The notes under the pieces are model-generated. The model was given only the letters and a program-made list of their open reading frames with translations, was not told the DNA's origin and made no database searches. The translations under genes were made by a program, and so were the position numbers. From Tubiluchus corallicola (lineage: Eukaryota; Animalia; Priapulida): a stretch of DNA of 64,000 nucleotides. The stretch lies in contig JAQGDQ010002369.1 of NCBI GenBank assembly GCA_030141605.1, positions 124,001 to 188,000 of the forward strand, read 5' to 3'. This document shows, in pieces, positions 38,541 through 48,975 of this stretch (within the stretch, counting starts at the first letter, position 1; each line of letters opens with the position of its first letter).

Positions 38541-40469
38541 CTAAAAAGTTTTCCAAGAGGTGGCTTTCATCAGATCTTTGGGAATGTCGAAGAGAAAACG
38601 AGAAGGATTTGTGAGGCAGGACTTATCTGTTCTCATTCGTGACCGGGCCATCGACATAATTAAATTTCTTTTAGCCCTTGTCAAAGCTACATAGAATATT
38701 CTTCGTTCTTCTTCCAGGCCACCCTCAGATAGGCTCTTCTCATGGGGAAGGAGGTGATCTTCCAGGCCAACTAGAAAGCAGGTGTGGAATTCAAGACCTT
38801 TTGCGCTGTGAAAGGTCATCACCTGGACTCGATCCCGGGACTGTTTTTCTTTTTTGCCTTCATTTTGGCGGGCGAGGATGCTGCTGGAGACAAAGTGGGC
38901 AAGAGAGGAGTTTGGTTCCTCTTCTTCATATTGGGCAAGCGCGCTGATGCATTTCTGAACGTTTTTCAGTTTGTTTTTCTGGCTCTTTTCCGTTTTTGCC
39001 TCTTGTTCAATAGCTCTTTGATAATTCACCTTGTCCAGGAACCATTTCAGGGCATCATTAAGAGGGGGATGGGCAAATCTTTTTTTAGCACTGTGGATCA
39101 GATCGACAAAATTTCGAATCCCTTCCTGGGCTCTAGTGGTTAGATCTTGAAAAATCATTTCTTTTTGTAAAACGGTCCACAGCGGAAGTTTTTTCCGACG
39201 ATTGAACTCTGTGAGTTTTTTTAAAGTGGCATCAGAAATTCCTCGGCGGGGAACGTTTATTATTCGAAGGAGAGCTTTCCTGGTCGAGTGGATTGGCGAT
39301 CACACGTAAAAAGGCAAAAATATCCTTGATTTCGCTGCGTTCCGCAAATTCCGTACCACCAAAAATCTCATAAGGAATACCGCGGATCCATTTTCCGTCC
39401 TTCTGCCACATCCCGGCAAGCAGAGCCATTTCTATATTTCGTGATAGAACATTGGAACGGTACAGAACAGCCATGTCTTTCCATTTTAGCTTGTGCTCTT
39501 CCTTAAGCGAGGTCAGCCGGTCGGCGATCCCCTTTGCCTCATCTACATCTGTTGGAGCGTGGAAGACGGAAATGATGGGATTTTCCTGTGTATTGGTCCA
39601 AAGTGACTTTTCATGACGATCAGGATTCTTCTCTATGACGTGGTTCGCTGCCGATAATATGTTTTTCGTCGAACGGTAATTCTGTTCGAGTTTGATCGTC
39701 TGGTCTGCATCGAATTGCAAGATGTTTTGAACATCCGCTCCCCGAAAGCCGTAAATGGCCTGGTCATCATCTCCGACGACGAATAAATTTCGGTGTTTTT
39801 CTGCCATCAGCTCTGCTAATCGAAACTGGGTAGGATTGGTGTCCTGATATTCATCGATCATGATAAAGCGAAACTTTTCCTGATACCTTTCAAGCACGTC
39901 GGGATATTTTTCAAAGAGCTCGATGGTCAGACTGATCAAAGCGTCAAAATCAACGGCATTATAAGTTCTCATCACCTCTTGCAGTCGCGAGGCGATTTCC
40001 TGGGGCTCTGTTCCGAGTTTTTCAGCTTTATTCTTGCTTGAAGAGATTTTTGCATAAGTTGTAGCGGCAGAGGGGATCTTAGTCGTTTTCAATGTATCCT
40101 TCATGACTTGCGAGCAGAGCCTTTGCATGTCCCGTTCATCATAAAGACTGAAGTTCTGGGTATACCCTAATCGATGGATTTCGCATCTTAGGACTCTCAT
40201 GCAGAAGCTGTGGAATGTGCAGACAGTGACTTTCTTTGATTTTTCTCTTCCAATCAGGTAGGCCACTCTTTCTCTCATTTCCTTGGCAGCCTTATTCGTG
40301 AAGGTCACTGCAAGGAGAGAGGAGGGGTCCACTTTATGGTCCTGGATCAGATGGGCGATGCGATGAGTGATGACCCGGGTTTTTCCCGAGCCAGCTCCCG
40401 CTAAAATAAAACAAGAATGCGGCCTTTAATGGCTTGAACAGCTTTGTTCTGCGAGGGGTTTAACTTCAT
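38541..40469 (-). pseudogene. uvrD: UvrD/Rep/PcrA-family helicase, interrupted twice
   Basis: MKLNPSQ...AGAGSGKT, TFTNKAA, DEYQDTN, HSAKGLEF, EERR..YVALTRA. A 5-nt TTTTA duplication at ~40403-40412 and a +1 A at ~39277 break the frame. Confidence 0.85.
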
Positions 40470-40803
40470 ATCTGATGTCAGTTAAAAACTGTTGAAGTTC
40501 TTTTTGAATGTCCTGCATTTTGGCCTCTTTCGCCTTTTGTCTGGGAATCAAATGGATGTGGACTGATTCCCCAAGCTCTTTCCGAGTCAGGCGGAAGGCT
40601 TCACGGGCCAAGCGTTTAAAACGATTTCTTTCATGGGCTTTTCCATAACGGCTCGAGGCCGAGATTCCCATTTTCGTAAGGCCAGGATGATAACAATAGT
40701 CTATGCAGAGAAAACTGCCAACCATGCGTTTTCCCTTTCTTCGGAGCCTTTGGTATTCGGCTCTCTTGCGAATGCGAAAAATTTTTGGAAATCGGTATCT
40801 CAC
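40426..40803 (-). CDS. rnpA: ribonuclease P protein component
   Basis: [18 protein letters not shown] (RNR motif); GTG start overlapping the rpmH stop. Confidence 0.93.
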   Translation of the reverse strand: MRYRFPKIFRIRKRAEYQRLRRKGKRMVGSFLCIDYCYHPGLTKMGISASSRYGKAHERNRFKRLAREAFRLTRKELGESVHIHLIPRQKAKEAKMQDIQKELQQFLTDIRYEVKPLAEQSCSSH

Positions 40804-40934
40804 ACCGTCAGAGATTTACGCCCTTTTCTGCGGCGACGGCTTAGAATTTTTCTTCCGTTTTTGGTCTTCATCCTCGCTCGGAAACCATGAACCTTGGCTC
40901 GGCTTCTTCTACTCGGCTGGTATGTTCGTTTCAT
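40800..40934 (-). CDS. rpmH: 50S ribosomal protein L34
   Basis: Manual translation [44 protein letters not shown]. Confidence 0.97.
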   Translation of the reverse strand: MKRTYQPSRRSRAKVHGFRARMKTKNGRKILSRRRRKGRKSLTV

Positions 40935-41012
40935 CGTTCTTCCTACAATTTCTTTGAGGACTACCAAGATAGCTCAAAATGGGCAAAATCTTCAAGGTTT
41001 TCCATAGTTTTC

Positions 41013-41042
41013 TTGAAAAGAATAAAATGTCTTTGCTAGAAT
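41013..41042 (+). promoter_or_regulatory. sigma70-type promoter for rpmJ-rpsN
   Basis: TTGAAA-N18-TAGAAT with TG extension, 25 nt before the rpmJ ATG. Confidence 0.45.
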
Positions 41043-41066
41043 GAGCCATTCATTTGAGGAAATTTT

Positions 41067-41204
41067 ATGAAAGTAAAAGCATCTGTGAAAGCGGACCCTT
41101 CGAAAGGCGACATTATTGTACGCCGCAGAGGCCGTGTATATGTAGTTAACAAGAAAGATCCCAATCGAAAGCAGCGGCAGAAAGGTCCTGCACGTAAAAA
41201 ATAA
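41067..41204 (+). CDS. rpmJ: 50S ribosomal protein L36 (Zn-free chlamydial type)
   Basis: Manual translation [45 protein letters not shown]. Confidence 0.95.
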   Translation: MKVKASVKADPSKGDIIVRRRGRVYVVNKKDPNRKQRQKGPARKK

Positions 41205-41215
41205 TAGAGGAGAGC

Positions 41216-41521
41216 ATGGCAAAGAAATCTTCGGTCGAAAAACAAAAAAGACGACAAAGACAAGTGAACCTGAAATGGGATAAGCGGCAAGAATTGAAAA
41301 AAATTATCCTCGATGCTTCTAAATCGGAAGAAGAGCGCAGCATGGCTGTTAAGAAGCTCAATCAATTACCAAAAAATTCTTCACCAGTAAGACTCCGTAA
41401 TCGCTGCCAGATCACTGGCCGATGCAGGGGTTATCTGCGTAAATTTAAATTATCAAGACTCTGTTTCCGAGAAATGTCCAATGCCGGACTGATCCCTGGA
41501 ATCATCAAAGCCTCCTGGTAA
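41216..41521 (+). CDS. rpsN: 30S ribosomal protein S14
   Basis: 101 aa, [14 protein letters not shown]...GR.RG, KASW. Confidence 0.97.
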   Translation: MAKKSSVEKQKRRQRQVNLKWDKRQELKKIILDASKSEEERSMAVKKLNQLPKNSSPVRLRNRCQITGRCRGYLRKFKLSRLCFREMSNAGLIPGIIKASW

Positions 41522-41622
41522 AATTGTTTAATGCAGCATCTGCTGCGTTGCACCCCCTCGGCAATATGTTTACATTGCCTTCGGGGTAATGCGCCTTGCA
41601 TCTGCACGCCTTAAAACAATTT
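41521..41622. repeat. ~100-bp structured palindromic element (MITE/REP-like)
   Basis: Outer AAATTGTTTAA / TTAAAACAATTT, nested TGCAG/CTGCA, ACCCC/GGGGT and GGCAAT/ATTGCC stems. Confidence 0.6.
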
Positions 41623-41693
41623 TTTTTCATCCGACTCGTTCGTTAAAAAAAAATAGCTCCTAGGAACTCTTAAAAGATTCGTTTTAATTAGGA

Positions 41694-42119
41694 TTAGGAG
41701 TTTTCGACTGGCTCGAAAGAAGTGAACTCTTTCAGATCGCGGAGATGTTTCCAGCTTTCCAGTTCTTCATTCCAGACATAGGTAGAAGGGCGCAGTCTTC
41801 CTTCTTTCCACTCACCCCTAAGTGCATCGAAGCTCATGGGGCCATGCTGTTCATGATTGGGATCGAGATAGTACCAATACTTTTGCGGGGGAGGCGGGCC
41901 GATTGCGCTGGGTTTGGAATTGATGTTTACTGAATGCAGCGTAAAGGTTTCCTTTGGCTTTTTTCGGGGCATCAACATAGCCACAATCAATCCGGGCAGT
42001 CCGAAAAGAAAGCCGACTAGAAACCAGGCGTAGGGATTGCGCTGTTTGCGGCGGGAAATGTAGGTGCATAAGGCACCATTTACAATAGAGGCAAGGATGA
42101 TCACTAGCATCGTATTCAT
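41694..42119 (-). CDS. membrane protein with GYF_2 (DUF4339) domain
   Basis: 2 TM segments with K.RNP..WF..GF.FG, then WYY....QHGP...YVW.E....W. Confidence 0.8.
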   Translation of the reverse strand: MNTMLVIILASIVNGALCTYISRRKQRNPYAWFLVGFLFGLPGLIVAMLMPRKKPKETFTLHSVNINSKPSAIGPPPPQKYWYYLDPNHEQHGPMSFDALRGEWKEGRLRPSTYVWNEELESWKHLRDLKEFTSFEPVENS

Positions 42120-42243
42120 ATACTGCTATGTATTAAGACAAAAGACGTTAGAAATCAAGGGAAAAGGATCTTTGCGCAAAAGGGATGATCCTTTACAATG
42201 GCTTATGCCTTCAAAACAAATTTTTTCTTAACTAGGTGAGGCC

Positions 42244-42711
42244 ATGTACGAAAAACTCAAACAAATCGATTCGAAAGAACTTCAACTCCCCGAGACAACT
42301 TTTATTCGGGACATTGAAAGCAGTGTTTTCCAAGCGATTACGCTGCAATGTATGGCGAAAATTGAGGGGATTGGTTTGATTGAGGGAGGTCTTTTTGATT
42401 CTCTCTTAGGACGCGAAGCAGATATTAAAGGGATCCATGTAGAACAGGATCAGGAAAATCATTCCGTTTCTGTCAGAGTGGAAATCAATATCCGATATGG
42501 CATCTCCATTCCTGACAAAGCTGAAGAGATCCAGAACAAGATTGTAGAGGAAATCAGTGATTTGACTGGTCTCCATGTATCTTGTGTTCATGTGGTCTTT
42601 AAAAGTCTTCTTTCAACCGAACAGCCTGAAGAGCAGCCTGAAGTTGAAGAAAGAAAAGAAGAAGCGGCTTTGATTGGACAAGAAAGCGACGAATATAGCG
42701 ATGGGTTTTAG
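42244..42711 (+). CDS. Asp23/Gls24 family protein
   Basis: KGIHVE...V.VEINIRYG.SIP..A..IQ..I...I..LTGL.V..V.V. Confidence 0.85.
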   Translation: MYEKLKQIDSKELQLPETTFIRDIESSVFQAITLQCMAKIEGIGLIEGGLFDSLLGREADIKGIHVEQDQENHSVSVRVEINIRYGISIPDKAEEIQNKIVEEISDLTGLHVSCVHVVFKSLLSTEQPEEQPEVEERKEEAALIGQESDEYSDGF

Positions 42712-43201
42712 AGACTCGCAGACCATTTCCACGATACACTTCTTTCTTCTCCTGTTCTTTTTCTCTTTGGGAGCATTTTTTATTATTCTCCCATGGACCC
42801 ATTCTTTCCGATATGCCATTAGCGATCTTTTGCTGAATAAATCGGAGATTTTCTTTTCCGTTGGATGCCTTGTTCTGATGATTAGTATGGTGTTTGGATT
42901 TGGGTTTTATTCATTGCATCGGCAACGTTCTTTTCGGGTGAAAATGGATCCCGGCCTGGTGGAAATCGACCCCAACATCCTCAAGGCCTATCTAGAGACC
43001 TACTGGAAAGAGCATTATCCCGATAAGGAGATCGAGACCCAGGTCCTTATTTCCAAGTCTCAAAAACTTGAAATCATCGCTCATATCTCAGGGCTTGAGG
43101 ATTCAACAAACTTTCTCACTGCTTCCGAGAAGGAAATAGGGCAGATTCTAACGGATATCTTCCGCTATAAGAGAGCCTTCACTTTTACGCTTACGACTTA
43201 A
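42701..43201 (+). CDS. hypothetical membrane protein (AmaP-like position)
   Basis: Two N-terminal TM segments; overlaps the Asp23 gene stop. Confidence 0.6.
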   Translation: MGFRDSQTISTIHFFLLLFFFSLGAFFIILPWTHSFRYAISDLLLNKSEIFFSVGCLVLMISMVFGFGFYSLHRQRSFRVKMDPGLVEIDPNILKAYLETYWKEHYPDKEIETQVLISKSQKLEIIAHISGLEDSTNFLTASEKEIGQILTDIFRYKRAFTFTLTT

Positions 43202-43233
43202 TCTTAACTAGAGGATGTTTTGAAGTTGTAGCT

Positions 43234-44845
43234 TCAATCCTGATCTTCGATAGAAATATACTTGAATTCGACCTGTCCAGTAGGACTAAAGAGCATTCCT
43301 TTAACATACTCTTTTTGAAGGCAAGGTGAGTTGAGGTTGATGATTGGGATGATAGGCAACTCTTCAAGGACGATATCTTCGGCCATCTTGAGGTATTCAC
43401 TTCTTTTTTCAGCATCGATCTCGTCGTCTGCAGCTTTCAAAAGGGCTGTATAGCGGGCGTTTTCCCATCCCGGATAATTTTTATCTGTGGATTTATCTCG
43501 CAGGATTTCCATGTTGTAGATGAGGTCGTCGAACCAACTTTCCCAGCTCATAAGTGTCATGTCATACTCATGGTGGCTAAGCTTTGTCATGCAAAGATTC
43601 CATTCTTGAAGATCAAGCTGAACTTCAATATTAAAAGTTTTTCTCCATTGCTCTTGTATGGCTTGTAAAAGTACGTAGTTTTGTTTGATCGATTGAATCT
43701 TTATGGGCGGAAACTGATCCAGTGAAAGATTCATCTCTTCAAGAGCTTCATTGAACAGCTGTTTGGCTTTGGCTGTATCATGATCTCTAAAATAAGGTTC
43801 TTTTCTTAAGGATTGGTTAGAGGGGAGGATGCTCATTGAAGGTGTGTCGCCCGATTGTAATATATGCTCTGCAATGGCCTCTCGATTGAGTGCGTAGGCC
43901 TAAAGCCTTTCTCACCTTGATATTGTTATAGGGGAATTGATTCACGTTCACCATAAACCACTTTATCTTCGTGCTGTTCGGATATTGTAATTTATGATGT
44001 TTTTTTTAATAGGGGATGGAATCTAAAGGAAGTCTATTCGGCGGTCCGATCCAGTCGATTTCACCCAGCTCATACATTTTAAGGGCGGTGTTGTCATCGG
44101 GTACTAAATAGATGTGGACTTCATCCAGCTTTACCGATTTTTTATCCCAGTAAGTTTCATTTTTTGTAAAAATTAATTGATTTCTTAATTCCCAAGTTTT
44201 TAACCGAAAGGGACCGTTGGAAACAAAGTCTTTAGTTCCTCGTTTCCAGTCGGGGTCGATTTCATCGAGTTTCCTCCAGACAGGGGAGTAAATCGGATTG
44301 CAAATGAGGTCGAGGAAGTAGGGAGCAGGGTGCTCCAGTTCGACAATTAAAGTTTGATCATCTAAAGCTTTTATTCCTACTTGGTCGATAGGAAGATGGT
44401 TTTCTTTGGCTAATTTTGCGTTTTTGATGATGTAAAAAGCATATCCAAAAACAGATGGAAAATCGGGAGTAAGAACTTTTTTCCAGGCATATTCAAAATC
44501 ATAGGCCGTGACCTTTTCTCCATTGGTCCAGTAGGACTCTCTTAGATGGAAAATGTAGGTCTTTTTGTCAGGAGAAATGGTTAATCGATCAGCTGTAGCA
44601 AAGTCTGGCTTTTCCTCCTCATTGAACCGCATCAACCCTTCAAAGAGCATGCGGAGGGATATTTGTGAGTTGATGTCTCCTTCCATCCTCGGATCCAAAT
44701 GATAGGGATCTTCAAAAGCATGAACACGAAGAATTTTCTTCTTTTGGCTAGGTTTTTTGTTGCAACTAAGGAGGAATATCGAGAGAAAAAGTAATGTAAA
44801 AAGATGTTTTAAACAAGCTTTGCAAATCCGTGACACTTTCATCAT
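43234..44845 (-). pseudogene. oppA: oligopeptide-binding lipoprotein OppA, interrupted
   Basis: Lipobox FLLSC, LDPR, LFEGL, WTNG..VTAYDF.YAW, NGPF. In-frame TAA at 44006-08 and +1 G near 43898; the frame then continues into 43234-43836. Confidence 0.8.
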
Positions 44846-44985
44846 TTTTTCTTGTTTAAAATTTGACGAAACCTTTAAATATAGTAGATAACATAACATT
44901 ATTACTCAGCGAAACGAGAGGATACTATTGCTCATTTATCGCATTCCCTTCAAGAGATTCTTCTTGAAACTTAAATTAGAGGCTT

Positions 44986-47900
44986 ATGAAGTCAAAATTA
45001 TGTGAACTTTGTCCTCTTCATGTCCAACCGAAGTTTGCCTATCCCTTCCAGTCTGAGGAAATTGAACAGCACATTTGCCATATTGAAGAACTCCTTCAAC
45101 AATTGATTCCCGGCGAAATTCTTCATGGAGAGAGGAAGGATTTGATTTCTTGGGTCAAGCATGCATTGCCTTATTTTAAATGGAATGAATGTACGACAAC
45201 TCCGGACTGTCTTACTGTTTATCTATTATGTTGTCCTTCTGGAGATGTGAATATCGAAGACTTTTTCTTGGAAACTCTAAAAAGATGGCTTGTTCCTGAA
45301 AAAGAACTCTCTGTACTTCATTATCGTTACCTTCATTTCCATCTTCCAGAGATCTCTCAAGATGCTTATTTCGTCGCCGAAGCAAAAGTACTTTTAGAGG
45401 ATGCAAGAGATCTGACGATTACAATGAAGAACCTGCCTCTGATTGCTAAAGAGGTTGCAGGAGGGGTCGTTTCTTCAAAATATGCAAAATTTCTTCTTGA
45501 GACGAAATCTGTCGGTTATGACAGAAAGCAGATCCTGATTCATCAGGACCTCATCAAATTGACTAAAAGAAGGCCTGATGATTTTGATTTAGGGGTCTTT
45601 ACGGAACTCAACCGATTTATGGCTCTTACCGGAGAAGAATTTAGGGATCAGCGTCCTTTCAGACATATTACTCGCATTGCCTGTTCTCTTTATCTGTTAA
45701 GAAAAAACCTCAGAAGAGCTGTGAACGTGTTCCCTGAAAAACGTCATTTGAACGTCCGTTTTTTCTCAACGTATTTGACTTTTCCTTTTGGGAAAAAACC
45801 TGTTTTGGGACTTTCTATCGGACTGAATGTATTTCATAAACATGAATATTTTGAAGAAAGTCATATCGAAGGAGCTGTAAAAAGATATATTCCGAATGCC
45901 CGAGTCTTGAACAATACCTTTTATCTCAATGCCCAGGATTCCCTCAGGACACTTTATGTGGAACTGGAAAAAAGCGATGGTTCCAAATTCACCCTTCAGG
46001 ATGTAAGATTTCTCAAAGAGGTACTCGTAGAAGAATTAAAAGTCCGGATTGAGAACCTAATCCCTCAAGTCTTCATGATTCGGAATGAAGAAGAGATCAT
46101 GAAGGATATTCTACTTCTCTCGCAGGAATTAAAATATGTAAACGATATTCCCCAGGTCCTTGTCTCCTTTCACGAACAGTCAACGACAGATCTTACCTTT
46201 ACAGTGATTTTAGTCAGGTTGGTGCAGGATAAGGGAGCTGTAATTCCTTTGGAGACGATCCTTCGGGAACACAATCCTTCTCTACAGGTTAAATTTGATC
46301 GTGTCCAATCGGTTGGATTCCTTAGAAAGAAATATCCTAAAGAGGCGAATGTATTCCGTATCAAGATTGAAAAGGATTCTTCATTCTTAAGAGCTGATGC
46401 TTCAGTCAACCTTTATTTAGCACGTCAGAAGATTACATCGATTTTATCCAATGCCCTAGGTGAGGTCAGAGATTTCAATGGGGGAATTATTGTCAAGCAG
46501 GGTGAGGTCTTTTCCCAATTCAAGAAAACGTTTCTTGAAGAATCAAAAAATAATCTAGATTTTCTTGAAAGCTTTTTTTTCTCGATCAATCCTATCGAAA
46601 AGCAGGCTACTCTGCCGTTTCCTATTCTCAAAATGTTCTATCAATTGTTCGAAGAATCTCTGAGACATGAGCTTCCCAAGAAGGATAACTACTTTTTCAA
46701 ACGGCACATGGACAATAATCGTGTTTTCATCGTTCTCCGGGTGAGCGAATATTCCTTAAAGAAGCATATAGAGGAGAGCTTCAGAAATTTGCAGATCCCC
46801 AATAAAGGCCTAGTTACTGCTAAGGCAGAAACTCAGGGATATTTGACTTTAGGATATCTTTACGATTGTGAAGATCTTGATCAGCAAGTCATCGTTCTTG
46901 AAGCGATCAAAAGAGGAATCAAAAGCTGGCTGGATCGACTTTCCAAAATGCAAGTTATAAGACTTCATCATCCTTTAGTCTTCTATTCCTTAGATCCTCG
47001 TATGGGAGGAGATGAGCAATCTTGCACAATGTATCGCATGTTGTTTGAAGGTTTGATGCGAATCGAAAGGAATAACAAACCAACTCTTGCCCTTGCGGAA
47101 TCCTATCAGGTATCGAAAAACAAGAAAAAGTATACATTCAAGCTTAGAGAGAGTTATTGGTCCGATAGCTCACCATTGCTAGCTTATGACTTTGTATATG
47201 CCTGGAAAAAAGTCCTCTCTCCCAATTTTAAAACACCCTTTGCTTATCTCTTTTATTCTATTAAAAATGCAAAGGCGGCAAAGGAAGGATTAGTTCCCAT
47301 TGATGCAATTGGAGTCCGGGCGATTGACGATCGAACCCTAGAGATTCAATTAGAAAACCCTGTTCCCTATTTTTTGGAATTGACTGCGCAAACGATTTAC
47401 TCACCGATCAATCATAACCTCGATCGAAAGCACCCTGATTGGCCTACCCAGGAAGGAGATGCCTATGTTTGCAATGGTCCTTTTAAGTTAAAGAAAAATA
47501 GCATCAACAATCAACGTGAACTAATCAAAAATGAACTTTACTGGGATAAAAACAATGTAAAGTTAGATCAAATCATACTGATTAAAACGGATAAATCCTC
47601 AGCGTATTCAATGTTTAAAAACAATGAGCTCGACTGGCTAGGCTGGCCGTTTGGGAGTTTCGATGTGTTCAATCCACAATATGCCCCTGAAAGGCTTGAC
47701 CTTCCCTCGGTTTCGCAAAGTTATTGGTATTACTTCAATACAAACCGATATCCCTTGAACAATAAAAAAATCAGACAAGCCCTTTCTTTCGCAATTGATT
47801 ATAGACAATTCAACAAGCAGTCGGGAACAAAAATGACCCCTCATGGGCTTCCTCTTCCTGCAAAACATACCTTTTTAGATTTGAAAACGACAAAGGTTAC

Positions 47901-48465
47901 TGATTTAAAAAAAGCACGTGTGCTTCTTCAGGAAGGGCTAAAAGAACTCCACCTAAAACCTGAAGATCTTCCTACACTGACGATCAGTGTACCTTATAAA
48001 ACGATAGTTAATGAATTCATGGTGGAACAATGGGAGAAAAACTTAAATCTGAAATGCAGGGTAGAAATTTTTGATTGGCCCACTTTATTTACGAAAATGT
48101 CTACGGGAGATTTTCAGATAGCTCAATGCTATTGGAGAGCGTGGATTGACGACCCTATTTATACTCTGGATACTTATAAGCATGCTCATGAGAAAATCAA
48201 TTTTACCTGTTGGGAGGATCCTGAATATAAGAGGCTGTTGGACCTTGCTGAGAAAGAAGTAGACTCTGAAAAAAGGAACCATTTTTTAGTCGAAGCAGAA
48301 AAAATCCTGTTGGATCACAGACCTTACCTTGCTCCCTTCACGATCCCTTTGTATGTGATGAGAAAGAAAAATGTTAAAGGGGTTCGCGTTTCCAAGGTAG
48401 GAGTGATGGATTTGAAATGGGCGTCGATAGAAAAAAAGAAAACTATTGATTTGTCTTGCTTTTAA
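44986..48465 (+). CDS. large protein: ~650-aa unrecognised N-terminal region fused to an OppA-type solute-binding (family 5) domain, no signal peptide
   Basis: 1159 aa; SBP motifs begin at SLDPRMGGD (~46985), then LFEGL, WSD..PL.AYDF.YAW and CNGPF. No hydrophobic leader or lipobox. Confidence 0.85.
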   Translation: MKSKLCELCPLHVQPKFAYPFQSEEIEQHICHIEELLQQLIPGEILHGERKDLISWVKHALPYFKWNECTTTPDCLTVYLLCCPSGDVNIEDFFLETLKRWLVPEKELSVLHYRYLHFHLPEISQDAYFVAEAKVLLEDARDLTITMKNLPLIAKEVAGGVVSSKYAKFLLETKSVGYDRKQILIHQDLIKLTKRRPDDFDLGVFTELNRFMALTGEEFRDQRPFRHITRIACSLYLLRKNLRRAVNVFPEKRHLNVRFFSTYLTFPFGKKPVLGLSIGLNVFHKHEYFEESHIEGAVKRYIPNARVLNNTFYLNAQDSLRTLYVELEKSDGSKFTLQDVRFLKEVLVEELKVRIENLIPQVFMIRNEEEIMKDILLLSQELKYVNDIPQVLVSFHEQSTTDLTFTVILVRLVQDKGAVIPLETILREHNPSLQVKFDRVQSVGFLRKKYPKEANVFRIKIEKDSSFLRADASVNLYLARQKITSILSNALGEVRDFNGGIIVKQGEVFSQFKKTFLEESKNNLDFLESFFFSINPIEKQATLPFPILKMFYQLFEESLRHELPKKDNYFFKRHMDNNRVFIVLRVSEYSLKKHIEESFRNLQIPNKGLVTAKAETQGYLTLGYLYDCEDLDQQVIVLEAIKRGIKSWLDRLSKMQVIRLHHPLVFYSLDPRMGGDEQSCTMYRMLFEGLMRIERNNKPTLALAESYQVSKNKKKYTFKLRESYWSDSSPLLAYDFVYAWKKVLSPNFKTPFAYLFYSIKNAKAAKEGLVPIDAIGVRAIDDRTLEIQLENPVPYFLELTAQTIYSPINHNLDRKHPDWPTQEGDAYVCNGPFKLKKNSINNQRELIKNELYWDKNNVKLDQIILIKTDKSSAYSMFKNNELDWLGWPFGSFDVFNPQYAPERLDLPSVSQSYWYYFNTNRYPLNNKKIRQALSFAIDYRQFNKQSGTKMTPHGLPLPAKHTFLDLKTTKVTDLKKARVLLQEGLKELHLKPEDLPTLTISVPYKTIVNEFMVEQWEKNLNLKCRVEIFDWPTLFTKMSTGDFQIAQCYWRAWIDDPIYTLDTYKHAHEKINFTCWEDPEYKRLLDLAEKEVDSEKRNHFLVEAEKILLDHRPYLAPFTIPLYVMRKKNVKGVRVSKVGVMDLKWASIEKKKTIDLSCF

Positions 48466-48559
48466 TTCATGATTCTCTAAAATTTCTTCATCGTTTCTTA
48501 ATAATAAATTTAACGACCCTTGGTTGAACATCTTTTTCAAGATCAAAAATGAGGTCAAT

Positions 48560-48925
48560 ATGACTCAAGCTTTACAACTCAAAGCTTTCAAGACTAACAG
48601 TAAGAAAGTTGAATTGCATCCTGCATGGCATGGTGTTTTAGATGCTGAAGATGCAAGTCTTTTGCTGGAAAATCAAAGTTCTCTTACGTATCTTTTCAGA
48701 CAAGATGTGCAAGAGAATGATTTGTACTGGATTTCCTTTGTAAATCAAGAAGGGAAAGTGTGCCACAAACCTTTTACCTACAATCTCTCAATTCAGAAAT
48801 GGCTCTATTTGAATAGTGGTAGTGGAATTCCTCCAGAAGCCAAGCTCTTCGATGAGTTAAGCGATATGATGCACTTCAATGCACTTCGCTGCTTTCCAAA
48901 AGAATCTACTCCTTTAGCATTCTAG
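48560..48925 (+). CDS. stand-alone SH2-like domain protein
   Basis: HPAWHG.L...DA..LL, TYLFR (FLVR-equivalent Arg), YWISFV, G.V.HKPF; GAGG SD before ATG 48560. Confidence 0.7.
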   Translation: MTQALQLKAFKTNSKKVELHPAWHGVLDAEDASLLLENQSSLTYLFRQDVQENDLYWISFVNQEGKVCHKPFTYNLSIQKWLYLNSGSGIPPEAKLFDELSDMMHFNALRCFPKESTPLAF

Positions 48926-48930
48926 TTTTT

Positions 48931-48975
48931 CATTGCCTGAAGCGTATTTATGTTTTCAATACGCTTCAGGCAATG
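48931..48975. terminator. 18-bp perfect hairpin between convergent genes
   Basis: CATTGCCTGAAGCGTATT-N9-AATACGCTTCAGGCAATG; no classical U-tail. Confidence 0.5.
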
